64,000 nucleotides of DNA, taken from assembly GCA_963663765.2 (NCBI GenBank), contig CAXXUA010000007.1, positions 64,001 to 128,000 on the forward strand, in the 5' to 3' direction. The translations under genes were made by a program, and so were the position numbers. Under the pieces are notes generated by a model. It was not told the origin of the DNA, ran no database searches, and saw only the letters and a list, made by a program, of their open reading frames with translations. Origin of the DNA: Candidatus Poribacteria bacterium. GTDB taxonomy: Bacteria; Poribacteria; WGA-4E; WGA-3G. Positions within the stretch are counted from its first letter, which is position 1, and each line of letters opens with the position of its first letter. Positions 20,921 through 31,326 of the stretch are shown here, one piece after another.

Positions 20921-21781
20921 ATGCAAAATGTTCGTAATTCTCATGAGCCTATGCCGTTGGCTCCTGCTGAGAAGTTGATGGCTCCGGAACAGAAGTTCTT
21001 CTTTGATCTTCGTGGTTGGATTTTATTACCATCGGTCTTATCGGAATCGGAAATAGAAGTGATGAAAACGGAAGTGTATGCTGGTGCCAAACATTGTTAT
21101 CAAGGTGCACTTCAGAATTTACTTGATCATCCTGCAATTGTTGGAATTCTAAATGAAATTGTTGCGGATGAACGTTTTATATTTGATGATTGCTACGGTT
21201 TTCGGTGTGAGAATTCGTTTACTACGGTCAGGCAGCCTGGGTGGAAAACTCCATCTGAAAGAGGTACTGCAGTACCACATGTCGTGCGTCCGCCTCAACA
21301 AGCGAATGCAGTGCGGTATCAGGTGTCAGGTGGTAAGATATTTGCTGGACTCACCCGTGTGGTTTGGGAACTGGAGGAGGTGAAAGCAGGACAAGGAGGT
21401 ACTACTTTTCTCACAGGTTCGCACAAGGCTCACTTCAACTATGGTGGGCCGGATCCAAATCGTCCGAATATTAGTGAATCACCTTGGGAAGAAAAAATAA
21501 AGGATCTGATGGATGACTATAGTTGTCCGGCAGGGTCTGCGCTTATATTCACTGAAAGTCTGATACATGCGACCAACAACTGGACGAATCCTGACAATCC
21601 GCGTTGTGCTGTGTTTAATTGTTACAACTCAATCTGGGCTCAATGGTATCGGTTGAATCTAAGTCATGAAATAATAGAAAAGATGCCTACAAAACGTCAA
21701 TCCTTATTCCGTGGGACGTGGGCGATAGGCGGTGGTCCTGGTGGAAACCGTCAGTATTCGTTGGATAATACGACCAAATAA
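20921..21781 (+). CDS. Phytanoyl-CoA dioxygenase (PhyH)-family protein
   Basis: QKFFFDLRGW, GSHKAHF, FTESLIH. Confidence 0.75.
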   Translation: MQNVRNSHEPMPLAPAEKLMAPEQKFFFDLRGWILLPSVLSESEIEVMKTEVYAGAKHCYQGALQNLLDHPAIVGILNEIVADERFIFDDCYGFRCENSFTTVRQPGWKTPSERGTAVPHVVRPPQQANAVRYQVSGGKIFAGLTRVVWELEEVKAGQGGTTFLTGSHKAHFNYGGPDPNRPNISESPWEEKIKDLMDDYSCPAGSALIFTESLIHATNNWTNPDNPRCAVFNCYNSIWAQWYRLNLSHEIIEKMPTKRQSLFRGTWAIGGGPGGNRQYSLDNTTK

Positions 21782-21806
21782 TTCCAAGACTATTAAGGAG
21801 ATATAA

Positions 21807-22646
21807 ATGTCAAAAGAAACGTTAAATGATGTACCTGTGCCAATGACTGAAGAACAGAAGTTTTTCTTTGATTTGCGCGGTTGGATTTTATTACCATCAT
21901 TATTGTCTGACTCGGAAATAGAAGATATGAAAGCAGAAGTGTATGCAGGGGCAAGGCAATGTTATCAAGGTGCACTTCAATCGCTACTTGACCATCCTGG
22001 GATTGTCGGTATTCTGAATGAGATTCTGTCCGAAAACCCTTTCGTCCATGATGATTGCTACGGATTTAGATGTGAAGGATCATTCACGACTGTCCGAGAA
22101 TCTGGTTGGAGCAAGTCTTCACGAGGTGACAACGGTTTACCACACGTCGTGCGACCTCCACAACAAGCAAATGCAATGCGGTATCAGGTCGCAGGTGGAA
22201 AGATATTTGCCGGATTAACACGTGTTGTGTGGGAACTTGAGGAGGTAAAAGCAGGACAAGGTGGCACCTCTTTTCTAAGCGGTTCTCATAAAGCACATTT
22301 CAACTATGGAGGCCCCGATCCCTATCGTCCGAATATCGGTGAATCTCCTTGGGAGGATAGCATGCGGGAGATGATGGAGGACTATAGCTGCCCACCCGGT
22401 TCAGTGGTTATTTTCACCGAAAGCCTTGTGCATGCTGCGAATGATTGGACGAATCCTTCTAATCCTCGGTGTGCGGTGTTCAATTGCTATAACTCTATTT
22501 GGGCACAGTGGCATCGGTTGAATTTGGGTCATGAGATTATTGAAACAATGCCGACGAGAAGACAATCGTTGTTCCGCGGGACGTGGGCGATTGGTGGTGG
22601 TCCTGGTGGTAATCGTGCGTATTCACTGGATAATAGCACGATGTAA
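21807..22646 (+). CDS. PhyH-family protein, tandem paralogue of the previous gene
   Basis: Long identical stretches shared with 20921..21781. Confidence 0.75.
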   Translation: MSKETLNDVPVPMTEEQKFFFDLRGWILLPSLLSDSEIEDMKAEVYAGARQCYQGALQSLLDHPGIVGILNEILSENPFVHDDCYGFRCEGSFTTVRESGWSKSSRGDNGLPHVVRPPQQANAMRYQVAGGKIFAGLTRVVWELEEVKAGQGGTSFLSGSHKAHFNYGGPDPYRPNIGESPWEDSMREMMEDYSCPPGSVVIFTESLVHAANDWTNPSNPRCAVFNCYNSIWAQWHRLNLGHEIIETMPTRRQSLFRGTWAIGGGPGGNRAYSLDNSTM

Positions 22647-22825
22647 AAGAGTTTTGCGTGCTGCTATATCTTATAGTAAAATCCATAATTTTTTGGACAC
22701 GACGGTAGGTTCGGTTTCCTAACCGAACCTAGACGTCAATTTAAGTTAGAAGTTCTCTATTCTTGTGTAAGTGAAACCTTGGATGTTCTAATTCCTTCAG
22801 ATGGCACCTTTATCGTAGGTCTTTC

Positions 22826-23063
22826 TTTTACCCATAAGTTTTTGGGTATTGTCCGTTAAGTCTTTTGTGGGTGCCTATTGCTCAAAAACACCTGAAAACT
22901 GACCAATATTTTAGATGGTAGAATACCGTTATAGGCTTTTTAGACAAGTTTCACAAGATTTTTTAGTTCTTATGACCAGTTTTCTGTAATCTATCGGGGT
23001 TAGAAACCCCTCCTACAGCAGCATGTCGTGCCTTTGTACCTCCAATTTGACTTATGGGTAAAA
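22826..23063. mobile_element. MITE family F (TIR TTTTACCCATAAGT)
   Basis: 14-bp inverted ends; internal REP cggggttagaaacccctcctac. Confidence 0.65.
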
Positions 23064-23070
23064 GTAAGAT

Positions 23071-23138
23071 CGTAGGGGCGGGGTTTCCCCGCCCGATTGG
23101 TAGTTTGTTTACACGGGCGAGGAGACCTCGCCCCTACG
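23071..23138. repeat. GTAG REP doublet (REPIN-like)
   Basis: cgtaggggcggggtttccccgccc ... gggcgaggagacctcgcccctacg. Confidence 0.8.
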
Positions 23139-23188
23139 ATGTGTGCGAGGATTAGCGGACTTAAATAGACGTCTATGGTGCGGTGTTG

Positions 23189-25249
23189 TTAATTCTGGTC
23201 TGCGGCTAATACCAATGCACTTCGGGCAGGGACGTAGAGTTGGATAGATTGAGTATGTCCCTCTATTGCTACGTCTTGCCAAGGATAATGGACTCCTTCA
23301 ACTGCACCGAAACCACCAAAATTGGTGTCATCTGTATTGAGAATGAGAAGGTAATCCCTTTGTTCAGGAACGGGTATACGCCAATCTTTGACAGAATTTG
23401 TCGGATGGAAGTTGAAGGCGAACACAAGATTACCGCGCGTATAGATTATCTGCTTTGCGTCCTCATGAATGAACAGCAAATGTATGTCATCATCAGAGAG
23501 TAAATGGCACTCTGTATCAAGTAGTTGCATGGCGATATCAAAAGCGTTTAAGTGTTTGTAATAGAGTGTATCATCATCAACGAGAAGCCACTGTCTGCGT
23601 GCATACCAGTAGGAGTTGTTGTTACCAGCACGAGGGAAGTCTATCCATTCCGGATGACCGAATTCATTACCCATAAAGTTGAGATACCCCTCTCCACCTA
23701 AGCTAAATGTGAGAAGTCGAATCAGTTTATGCAGTGCTACGCCACGTGCAATGCGAAGACTCGGTGTGATCACACTCATATTCGTATAGAGTTCGGCATC
23801 CATCAACTGCATTGCAAGCGTTTTGTCTCCGACAATACTTTGGTCGTGACTCTCAACATAAGCGATGTGTTTTTCGTCCCTACGGCGATTGCGTAACATA
23901 CCGTATATTTCACCGATGTGCCACTCTTCGTCCATTTTCTCCTTCAACAACCGGATCCAATAATCTGGTATCCCCATGGCTAATCGATAATCAAAACCGA
24001 GTCCGCCTTCATTGATGGGGCGCGCGAGACCGGGCATGCCACTCATATCTTCAGCAACGGAAATTGCGTTTGGGTTAACAGCATGGACGACATCGTTTGC
24101 TAACATCAGATATGTAAACGCATCTAACTCGACATTGTCATCAAAATATGCATCGTAGTGGGAGAACTTTTTGCCAAGTCCGTGATCCTTATAGAGCATG
24201 CTTGTAACACCATCAAATCTAAAGCCGTCAAACCTATAGGTTTCTAACCAATAACGGATATTACTGAGTAGGAACCGCTGTACTTCGTATTTACTATAAT
24301 CAAAACAGAGTGAATCCCAAGCTACATGTTCTCCTTTTGCACCTGCGTGAAAGTATTGATGATCTGTGCCGTCAAAGCGGTTCAATCCTTCGTTGATGTT
24401 TTTCACAGCATGACTATGCACCAGATCCATAATGACTAGCAACCCCATACCGTGTGCAGTATCAATGAGTTCTTTCAGTTCTTCAGGTGTTCCAAAACGG
24501 CTTGATACAGCGAAGAAATTACTTACGTGATACCCGAAACTTGCATAATATGGATGCTCCATAATTGCCATCAGTTGTATGGTGTTGTATCCTAAATTGG
24601 CGATTCTGGGTAGTACGTTTTGTGTGAATTCAACGAATGTACCGACCTTTTCATCCTCCTGTGCCATACCGATGTGTGTTTCGTATATGCGTATTCCTTC
24701 TTTGTTGAAGTCTAAGTTTGGAACTTGATTTTTCCATTGATAGGGATTGGTAGGATGCCAATATTGTCCTGTGAAATCGGTATCATTTTCTTGAATGACG
24801 CGCTGGATATATGCCGGGATTCTATCATGCTGACCTTGATCAGATCTGACATGTACCTTCACGCGACTTTCGTGCGTGAAGCGATTCGCATAGTGTGTAT
24901 CGGGTAGAAACAGATGCCAAATACCCCATTTATCCACGGACATGGGGTGCGTATCACGGTTCCACTCGTTGAAGTCTCCAATAAGTGATAGGTATTTTGC
25001 ACCTGGTGCCCACTCGCGATACCACACACCGCTTTCGTCATCATTTTCCCCACGGTTGAATCCGAAATAATGATGACCTTGGCTGATTTCACCTAAGATG
25101 CCGTCAGTTTTCTCAATTTTTGCTTTGAAACTTTGGTAGTGCTTATGCCTTTCACGCAATGGTGTTATATAGGGTTTTAGAAGTGGATCAAGTTCAATAA
25201 GGTGTGTACCGTCAGATCGCAGTTTTGTCATAGTGGTGATAAGTGACAT
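23189..25249 (-). CDS. glgB: 1,4-alpha-glucan branching enzyme (GH13_8-like)
   Basis: MEHPYYASFGY, SSRFGTPEELK, FDGFRFDGVTSM, AEDMSG, YVESHDQ, EFGHPEWIDFPR. Confidence 0.93.
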   Translation of the reverse strand: MSLITTMTKLRSDGTHLIELDPLLKPYITPLRERHKHYQSFKAKIEKTDGILGEISQGHHYFGFNRGENDDESGVWYREWAPGAKYLSLIGDFNEWNRDTHPMSVDKWGIWHLFLPDTHYANRFTHESRVKVHVRSDQGQHDRIPAYIQRVIQENDTDFTGQYWHPTNPYQWKNQVPNLDFNKEGIRIYETHIGMAQEDEKVGTFVEFTQNVLPRIANLGYNTIQLMAIMEHPYYASFGYHVSNFFAVSSRFGTPEELKELIDTAHGMGLLVIMDLVHSHAVKNINEGLNRFDGTDHQYFHAGAKGEHVAWDSLCFDYSKYEVQRFLLSNIRYWLETYRFDGFRFDGVTSMLYKDHGLGKKFSHYDAYFDDNVELDAFTYLMLANDVVHAVNPNAISVAEDMSGMPGLARPINEGGLGFDYRLAMGIPDYWIRLLKEKMDEEWHIGEIYGMLRNRRRDEKHIAYVESHDQSIVGDKTLAMQLMDAELYTNMSVITPSLRIARGVALHKLIRLLTFSLGGEGYLNFMGNEFGHPEWIDFPRAGNNNSYWYARRQWLLVDDDTLYYKHLNAFDIAMQLLDTECHLLSDDDIHLLFIHEDAKQIIYTRGNLVFAFNFHPTNSVKDWRIPVPEQRDYLLILNTDDTNFGGFGAVEGVHYPWQDVAIEGHTQSIQLYVPARSALVLAADQN

Positions 25250-25281
25250 TGTGTTCTGACTATATTTTGAAAGGTGTTCTT

Positions 25282-26124
25282 CTATTCTAACGAAATCAAC
25301 TTGTCGATTTCTGCATCTAATTCTGTTTTACTGAGTTTTGAAAGTCTTTGGAATTCCGTGTCTGTGAGATGGTCAAACAATTGATCAATTTCGGTATACA
25401 ATTCATTTGTATCTTCTGTCATGCTAATATCTTCATTTGAATCAAGGTCTATTGTATACTTATTACCATATACATCGGTTATATTAATTATACCACGTTT
25501 GTGTTCCTCTGGAATCTTAACAGAACCATCTTCCTGAAAGATAGGTTGCGATGCACCGCTATCTGTATACGATTCTACACCAAATACATTAATTGGAAAC
25601 TTTGTGGATGTACCATCTTCATTCTCTTTAAGTTTTACGATTGCAGATTCGACGCTGTTCATTACCAATCTTTTGTTGAGTGTATCAAGGTGTTGAAACA
25701 GTTTTGAACGACTATCCGCTGGAAAATCAGCTAATTTTGTTTTTGCAGTTAAGGCGCGGATGCCGCAATTTCTTTGGAGGGGTTTGACTTCTGTGTCCGT
25801 TGAGAAGGTCCCTTCGGGAATGAAGAACAGTTCAGGATTATTTTGGTACAACGACATGGAATGTGCTTCCAATTTTAGGCTTTCTCGTTTAGGGAGTACA
25901 AGTTTTTTTGCTAATTTAGGGTCGACTTTTTCTATTGATACTGCAAATTCTGAATAACTTTTTAGCTCCTCTGGTGTCAATCTACCAGAATAATCATAAA
26001 CGGGTGCAACTATTTCACGAGCCTGTGCGTAGATTTCTTCTCGTTGTTTGTTCCAGATAAAAAGACCAACACATATTACAATCACACTCAAAACAACAAC
26101 AATAAGAATGCCTTTTTTATTCAT
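25282..26124 (-). CDS. Hypothetical protein with an N-terminal membrane anchor
   Basis: 280-aa ORF with a hydrophobic N-terminus. Confidence 0.65.
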   Translation of the reverse strand: MNKKGILIVVVLSVIVICVGLFIWNKQREEIYAQAREIVAPVYDYSGRLTPEELKSYSEFAVSIEKVDPKLAKKLVLPKRESLKLEAHSMSLYQNNPELFFIPEGTFSTDTEVKPLQRNCGIRALTAKTKLADFPADSRSKLFQHLDTLNKRLVMNSVESAIVKLKENEDGTSTKFPINVFGVESYTDSGASQPIFQEDGSVKIPEEHKRGIINITDVYGNKYTIDLDSNEDISMTEDTNELYTEIDQLFDHLTDTEFQRLSKLSKTELDAEIDKLISLE

Positions 26125-26297
26125 ATAAAAGATCTTTCTTCAGGATATTGTATTTAGTAAATTCATTTTACAATTAGTACTATACCTTTGTCAATATAGT
26201 TTTAGGGTTATTCAGTTCTAATAATCTATCGTTATGCTAGTTAACTTTGGGTTAAAATTAGTGATATATATAGGAATGTTTGTGGTATTCTTGTTTG

Positions 26298-26446
26298 TTG
26301 TCTGAACTAGGACTTTCAGGATTAGTAGATTTACAAGATTTACCTCATCAAGGGTTATTTATATGCGTTTATACTCTATTTTGGAATTGGATTGGATGAG
26401 AAAAATCCTGATAATCTACTAATCCTGAAAATCCTTGTTCAGACAA
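26298..26446. repeat. Repeat family E (TTGTCTGAAC...GTTCAGACAA ends; 9-bp-periodic GGATT/AATCC arms)
   Basis: Related copies at about 18552-18720, 39843, 41172-41305, 42641-42935 and 43979-44129. Confidence 0.75.
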
Positions 26447-26576
26447 AGAATGAGTTAACTCCCCAAAAATTAGCATACTCAAGGACTGGTGACTGTGATA
26501 GAATTTACTCAATAAAAGGTATGTACTGCGTTGATGCTGTATTGAAATATAACTTGGTTATTTTATGGAAATCAGT

Positions 26577-26618
26577 CAAGATCATGTCTGTTATATCAAA
26601 TTAACAGACATGATCTTG
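26577..26618. terminator. 17-bp-stem hairpin downstream of the activator gene
   Basis: caagatcatgtctgtta ... taacagacatgatcttg. Confidence 0.5.
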
Positions 26619-26682
26619 TTTTGTTGAAGACAAATGCGGTTAGGAAACCGCACCTACCGTTATAAATCGCGTTAATTTGGTA

Positions 26683-27786
26683 TTAGTTGGAATTTCGTTT
26701 CCATTGTGCATATCGTTGTAGTGTTCGGATATCAATTTCTAACGATTTTGCAGCTTCACGTAATGATGTATGATTATCTATACGCAAAGTTGCAACTTCA
26801 GAAAGAATTTGGTTCTGATTCATATTTTGAATATCTATAGATTCACTATGCACATCCGATTGATTATCTATCGAATTCCTATCGCTATACCAGGGTTGTG
26901 GTAATTGTGTTGAGAATTCATGCGTGATGATATGTTGCATTTCTGGATGAAGTGCATCCCATATTGCATGTTGTGTTTCGTTAGAGAGTTCACCCCATAG
27001 CGTTATTAGTGTTTGTAGGTAATCTGGATAGATATTTGGAAAATCCTTGAGTTCAAGTTTTTCTGCTGTTGTTAGTGCGATAGCTGTTTGTATTGTACTT
27101 CTCAGCTGCCGTATGTTACCTTTCCATGCCGCTTGTTTCAGACGTTTTAGTGCCTCTATAGTGATTCCAGACACATCTTTATCATATTCAGCACTAAATT
27201 CATTGATAAAAGCATCTATTAATGGAGAAATATCTTCTGTTCGTTCGCGGAGTGGTGGTAGATGAATCCTCATACCTTTCAGACGGTAGTATAGGTCTTC
27301 TCTAAAGTGTTTTTCAGCGACGTCCTTTTCAATGTCTCTGTTCGTTGCGGTGAGTATATGAACATCTACAGTTAATATTTGATTTCCCCCAAGTCTGGTG
27401 AATTTTGATGTGTCTAAGACGCGTAGTAGCATTTTCTGTGCATCCATTGACATTTCAGGCACTTCATCTAAAAAGAGAATACCTCCATTTGCGAGTTCAA
27501 ATGCCCCTTGTCTTTGTCGTATTGCACTTGTAAATGCGCCAGCTTCATGACCGAATAATTCACTTTGTAGGAGTTCTGTTGAATATCTTCCGCAATTGAT
27601 TGCTACAAAAGGTTTTTCCTTCCGCTGACTATTTTCATAAATATACTTTGCAATTCCTTCTTTACCTACTCCTGTATCACCTGTAATTAAGAATGGAATA
27701 TTTGAATTTACAACCTGTTTTATTTTCGTATATATCATTTGCATCTGTTTAGATGGCAATTCGATGTAAGTTGGTTGCATGTTCAT
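26683..27786 (-). CDS. Sigma-54-dependent transcriptional activator (AAA+ and HTH, no N-terminal sensor)
   Basis: GDTGVGKE, SELFGHEAGAFTSA, LFLDEV, FREDLYYRL, GNIRQL, C-terminal HTH. Confidence 0.88.
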   Translation of the reverse strand: MNMQPTYIELPSKQMQMIYTKIKQVVNSNIPFLITGDTGVGKEGIAKYIYENSQRKEKPFVAINCGRYSTELLQSELFGHEAGAFTSAIRQRQGAFELANGGILFLDEVPEMSMDAQKMLLRVLDTSKFTRLGGNQILTVDVHILTATNRDIEKDVAEKHFREDLYYRLKGMRIHLPPLRERTEDISPLIDAFINEFSAEYDKDVSGITIEALKRLKQAAWKGNIRQLRSTIQTAIALTTAEKLELKDFPNIYPDYLQTLITLWGELSNETQHAIWDALHPEMQHIITHEFSTQLPQPWYSDRNSIDNQSDVHSESIDIQNMNQNQILSEVATLRIDNHTSLREAAKSLEIDIRTLQRYAQWKRNSN

Positions 27787-28318
27787 GATGAATGTGCTCC
27801 TGTCGTTATTTTTTCGACGAAGTATTTTTTAGGTTTAAGCTATTACATTCCTAAAAGTCAGGTTTCGGTGTGATGCGTCATTACCATGACCGAATCCTTC
27901 CTTTCTTTGCGGATATATAATGCAGCACATTTTATTTTTTACAATAAACGATATATATAGGTTTTGGGTTGACTAAAAAATCAATCATTAGTAAACTATT
28001 TTTACAGTTAGGTTTACAGTCAAGAATTCTCATCATGCATATTTTGTATTGAATAGCATTAATTGTCGTTTCTGTGTATAATATCCTACATTTACCGACA
28101 TTATTAGTGTCTTACGGATGCAATAAATGTGAAATGATATATTCTCAGTTAAGAAATTCGCTTAACATAATTTATTCAGCAAAAAATATAATTAGTTAAT
28201 CGTTAACATTTTCCACTGATTAAACCCATTGTACACGCAAATTCTTGATATATCACAGATTTGTGTAGCATGTAAATTAGAATTGTTGTAACATATTATT
28301 GCGGTTTTATTTAAAGAA

Positions 28319-28334
28319 TGGCATAAAACTTGCT
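28319..28334 (+). promoter_or_regulatory. Sigma-54 -24/-12 promoter divergent from the activator gene
   Basis: TGGCATAAAACTTGCT with correct GG-N10-GC spacing. Confidence 0.6.
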
Positions 28335-28576
28335 AATAATGTTCCTGTCAATAACTAAAATATAAAACTCAAAAGTATAAAATCTTGGATGTTGATTTTT
28401 ACTACATCTACAATAAAAAATACTCATTTTGAGTTAACATAATAACATAAAATAGGTATGTGCGTAATTGCTTAGTAATGCATCCCAGTGAGTAGATTGC
28501 TCCAAGCGATGTTTTATTAGCAGAAGTTGGTTTATAGTCGCGCAATTCAAAACCAAAACAAATTTTAAATATGTTT

Positions 28577-28742
28577 CAAGACTTACGTAGTTTTCTTGAT
28601 TTAATCAAGAATTATGATGAAAATGATGTAATTATCAGCAATCTTATAGGTTTCCAGCGCGCTTACAAAGCGGCAAATCAAGAAATCAACGGCAAGAATG
28701 CCATTTAGGCATTCACCGCCTAACGTTTTTGCGTAAGTCCTG
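28577..28742. mobile_element. MITE family A (IS701-type ends) containing micro-element C
   Basis: caagacttacgta...tgcgtaagtcctg; flanked by ATGTTT on both sides. Confidence 0.85.
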
Positions 28743-29090
28743 ATGTTTATAGTGTTAGTATCACTGATGTTTGTGTTTAACACAATAAGGTGTCTAATGC
28801 TTACATGTATATTAAAATAGATATAACTTATGCGCACTTCTATGAAAATAAAATAGGAAAAAGATAAGATGAATAAATAGATATTAGGCACTATGTATGT
28901 GCCATTTGGTTGTAAGTGCGCTTGTCCCTCTCCCCTTAAGGGCGTGCTTACAACAGATCGCGATTTGGGTAGGCGCGCTAACCAAATCGCGATTAAAAGG
29001 TAGTGGTCTTCGGATCACTACCTTAGTTTTTTATAATAGCTTGAGTTTCTACCTACAAGCTTTTAAGCAGATAGTTACTGGTCATTACTA

Positions 29091-29967
29091 GAGCGTATCT
29101 CATAAATATTTTAGTGACATACGTATGCAAGCAAGAAGTACAAAACCTAAATAATTTTCAGCGTAGTATTCCCAACGAACAACTAAACGCCGATAATCCT
29201 CTAACCAACTGAAAAATCTTTCTACTTTGAAACGACGCTTATACCGTCGTAAACGCCGACCATCCTGTGTAGCCTGTTTTTTACGATTCTTTTTATGAGG
29301 TGCTACCATTTCAATACCACGTTCCCTCAAAGAAGCATCTAAAGGATCAGAGTCATAAGCTTTGTCCCCAATCAACACTGCGGGGTTTTCGGATGTCCAA
29401 CACGCATCCAATGCCGGTTCAACCAAGCGCACTTCATGACAAGAAGCCTTTGTAATCAGAACACTCACAGGTCTACCAGACTTTTCTGTAATCGCTACCA
29501 GTTTTGTCCCTTTGCCGCACTTCGTTGGACCAACACAAATGCCTCCTTTCTTGGCAGGAACGAATTTCGCATCAATACAACACTCACTCATATTTATTTT
29601 TTTTCGTTTTTCAAGCATTTCTGTGAGTACCATTTGAACTTTTTCAAGCGTTCCATCCGATGACCATTGCTGAAAACGACGATGACAGGTTTGATAGGGT
29701 GGATACTTTTCTGGTAAATCCCGCCAGGGAGCTCCTGTTCGCAACACCCACAGTATCCCATCTAACACTTCTCTATTACCACGCCAAGGTCTCCCCGGTT
29801 TATCCGATGGTGGTTCTGGCATTAGGGGTTCAATAATTTCCCATTCCTTATCACTAAGTTCCATTCAAATCATCCCCTTACTTATAGTAGAAATAGATAT
29901 AGTTTAGCAGAGATGATGAGAAATTAAAAGAAAAAATCAAACCATTTAATATTTATGAGATACGCTC
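29091..29967 (-). mobile_element. IS5-family insertion sequence
   Basis: 20-bp TIR gagcgtatctcataaatatt; TA on both sides. Confidence 0.9.
29100..29864 (-). CDS. IS5-family transposase
   Basis: WVLRTGAPWRDLP, GDKAYDS, YKRRFKVERFFSWL...RRL. Confidence 0.93.
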   Translation of the reverse strand: MELSDKEWEIIEPLMPEPPSDKPGRPWRGNREVLDGILWVLRTGAPWRDLPEKYPPYQTCHRRFQQWSSDGTLEKVQMVLTEMLEKRKKINMSECCIDAKFVPAKKGGICVGPTKCGKGTKLVAITEKSGRPVSVLITKASCHEVRLVEPALDACWTSENPAVLIGDKAYDSDPLDASLRERGIEMVAPHKKNRKKQATQDGRRLRRYKRRFKVERFFSWLEDYRRLVVRWEYYAENYLGFVLLACIRMSLKYL

Positions 29968-30130
29968 TAATATAACAACGATTTTCCATCTATTTTGATG
30001 ATATTTATTCTAAATCAGGGTTAGAAACCCTTCCTACAAGAGTATTCCGATGTAGGTAGTAACTTGACGACTTGTGCCAGTTAACCCATTGTTTTCAAAG
30101 TTTTTACATATATTAGGTTTATAATGCGCA

Positions 30131-30346
30131 CATATCGTCCCTACCAAATCAACGCCAAATGCGCCAAATCAACGGTATGAATGCCATTAAGGCATTCCCC
30201 GTATGGCATTTGTCGGGACTAAAGAGGATGTACTATGACGTTTTTCTATAAACATATCGTCCCTACCAAATCAACGCCAAATGCGCCAAATCAACGGTAT
30301 GAATGCCATTAAGGCATTCCCCGTATGGCATTTGGCGGGACTGAAG
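30131..30346 (+). repeat. Two-unit 122-bp tandem repeat; each unit is a GTCCCTACGGGAC palindrome split by nested element C
   Basis: Uninterrupted units are at 40640-40821. Confidence 0.85.
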
Positions 30347-30527
30347 ATCGTTTCAAACTATGAAGGACACCTGCAAAACGTCATGCTTATGTGAAACAAT
30401 GATTAACATATAGTTATTTAGCACAACTCGTTAACTTGGGTTATAATAAAATCATTATATTTTGAAATATCAAGATAATAATGTCTATAGAACTATGGTT
30501 TAAATGTTGTGAATCTATATAGAGATG

Positions 30528-31238
30528 TTAGATGACTTCACAGGTGCATGCGTTTACTGGACAGGTTCCAGCAGTACATAGTTTTGGCATTGGGACGACA
30601 ACATTGGGGAAGGGTATGTCAGTATCTGGTAGTCGTAGTTCTTTGTATGATGCTTTTAATATAGAGATTGCTGACTTTAGGAAAATTGTTGTGATGAGCA
30701 AACCTACAATGATATCTGGCAGTTTGGATTGTGTTACAGCAACAAATGCGGCAGCCAAAAAGACGCTTGTATTTGCAATGATGTCATTACGCGAACACAC
30801 CCAAGTAGAATGCATGTTTATATCGTCTGTTTTGTGACTGGATAGGAGAAACAGACAACTTGCATTTGCAATCAAGGCGATGACACTCATTATAATCATG
30901 AAGTGAGATTCTGGGATACCACCAGCGAGAAATCTATATATACTCTGGATCAAGACACCGATACCAAAGATAGCCATGATGCTACCTTTAAGCATTGCCG
31001 AACCTACCCGCCAACGATGACTCTTACCAATAGCATAAAGACTGAATCCATAGACCAGCGTATCACTCAGCATGTCAAGCGAATCGGCTTGCAGCGCAAC
31101 GGAACCTGCCATTATACCAACGATTAATTCCAAGCAGAACATTGCACCGTTGATTCCAAGTACAATCCATAAAGTTTTGGACTGTTTTTCACGGAGTTCT
31201 TCAAGTTCATCTGCTTTATCGTGACAGCAATTATCCAT
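30528..31238 (-). CDS. Cation diffusion facilitator-type metal transporter
   Basis: MDNCCH N-terminus, ALQADSLDML.D, WVCSRNDIIAN, PDIIVG. Confidence 0.85.
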   Translation of the reverse strand: MDNCCHDKADELEELREKQSKTLWIVLGINGAMFCLELIVGIMAGSVALQADSLDMLSDTLVYGFSLYAIGKSHRWRVGSAMLKGSIMAIFGIGVLIQSIYRFLAGGIPESHFMIIMSVIALIANASCLFLLSSHKTDDINMHSTWVCSRNDIIANTSVFLAAAFVAVTQSKLPDIIVGLLITTIFLKSAISILKASYKELRLPDTDIPFPNVVVPMPKLCTAGTCPVNACTCEVI

Positions 31239-31326
31239 AATAATCTCAATATCTCACATCACACTATGTAATGGTGTATTCTGGTTTATTATGTTACCAT
31301 TTTTATGAGTAAAACACCAGTTTACT

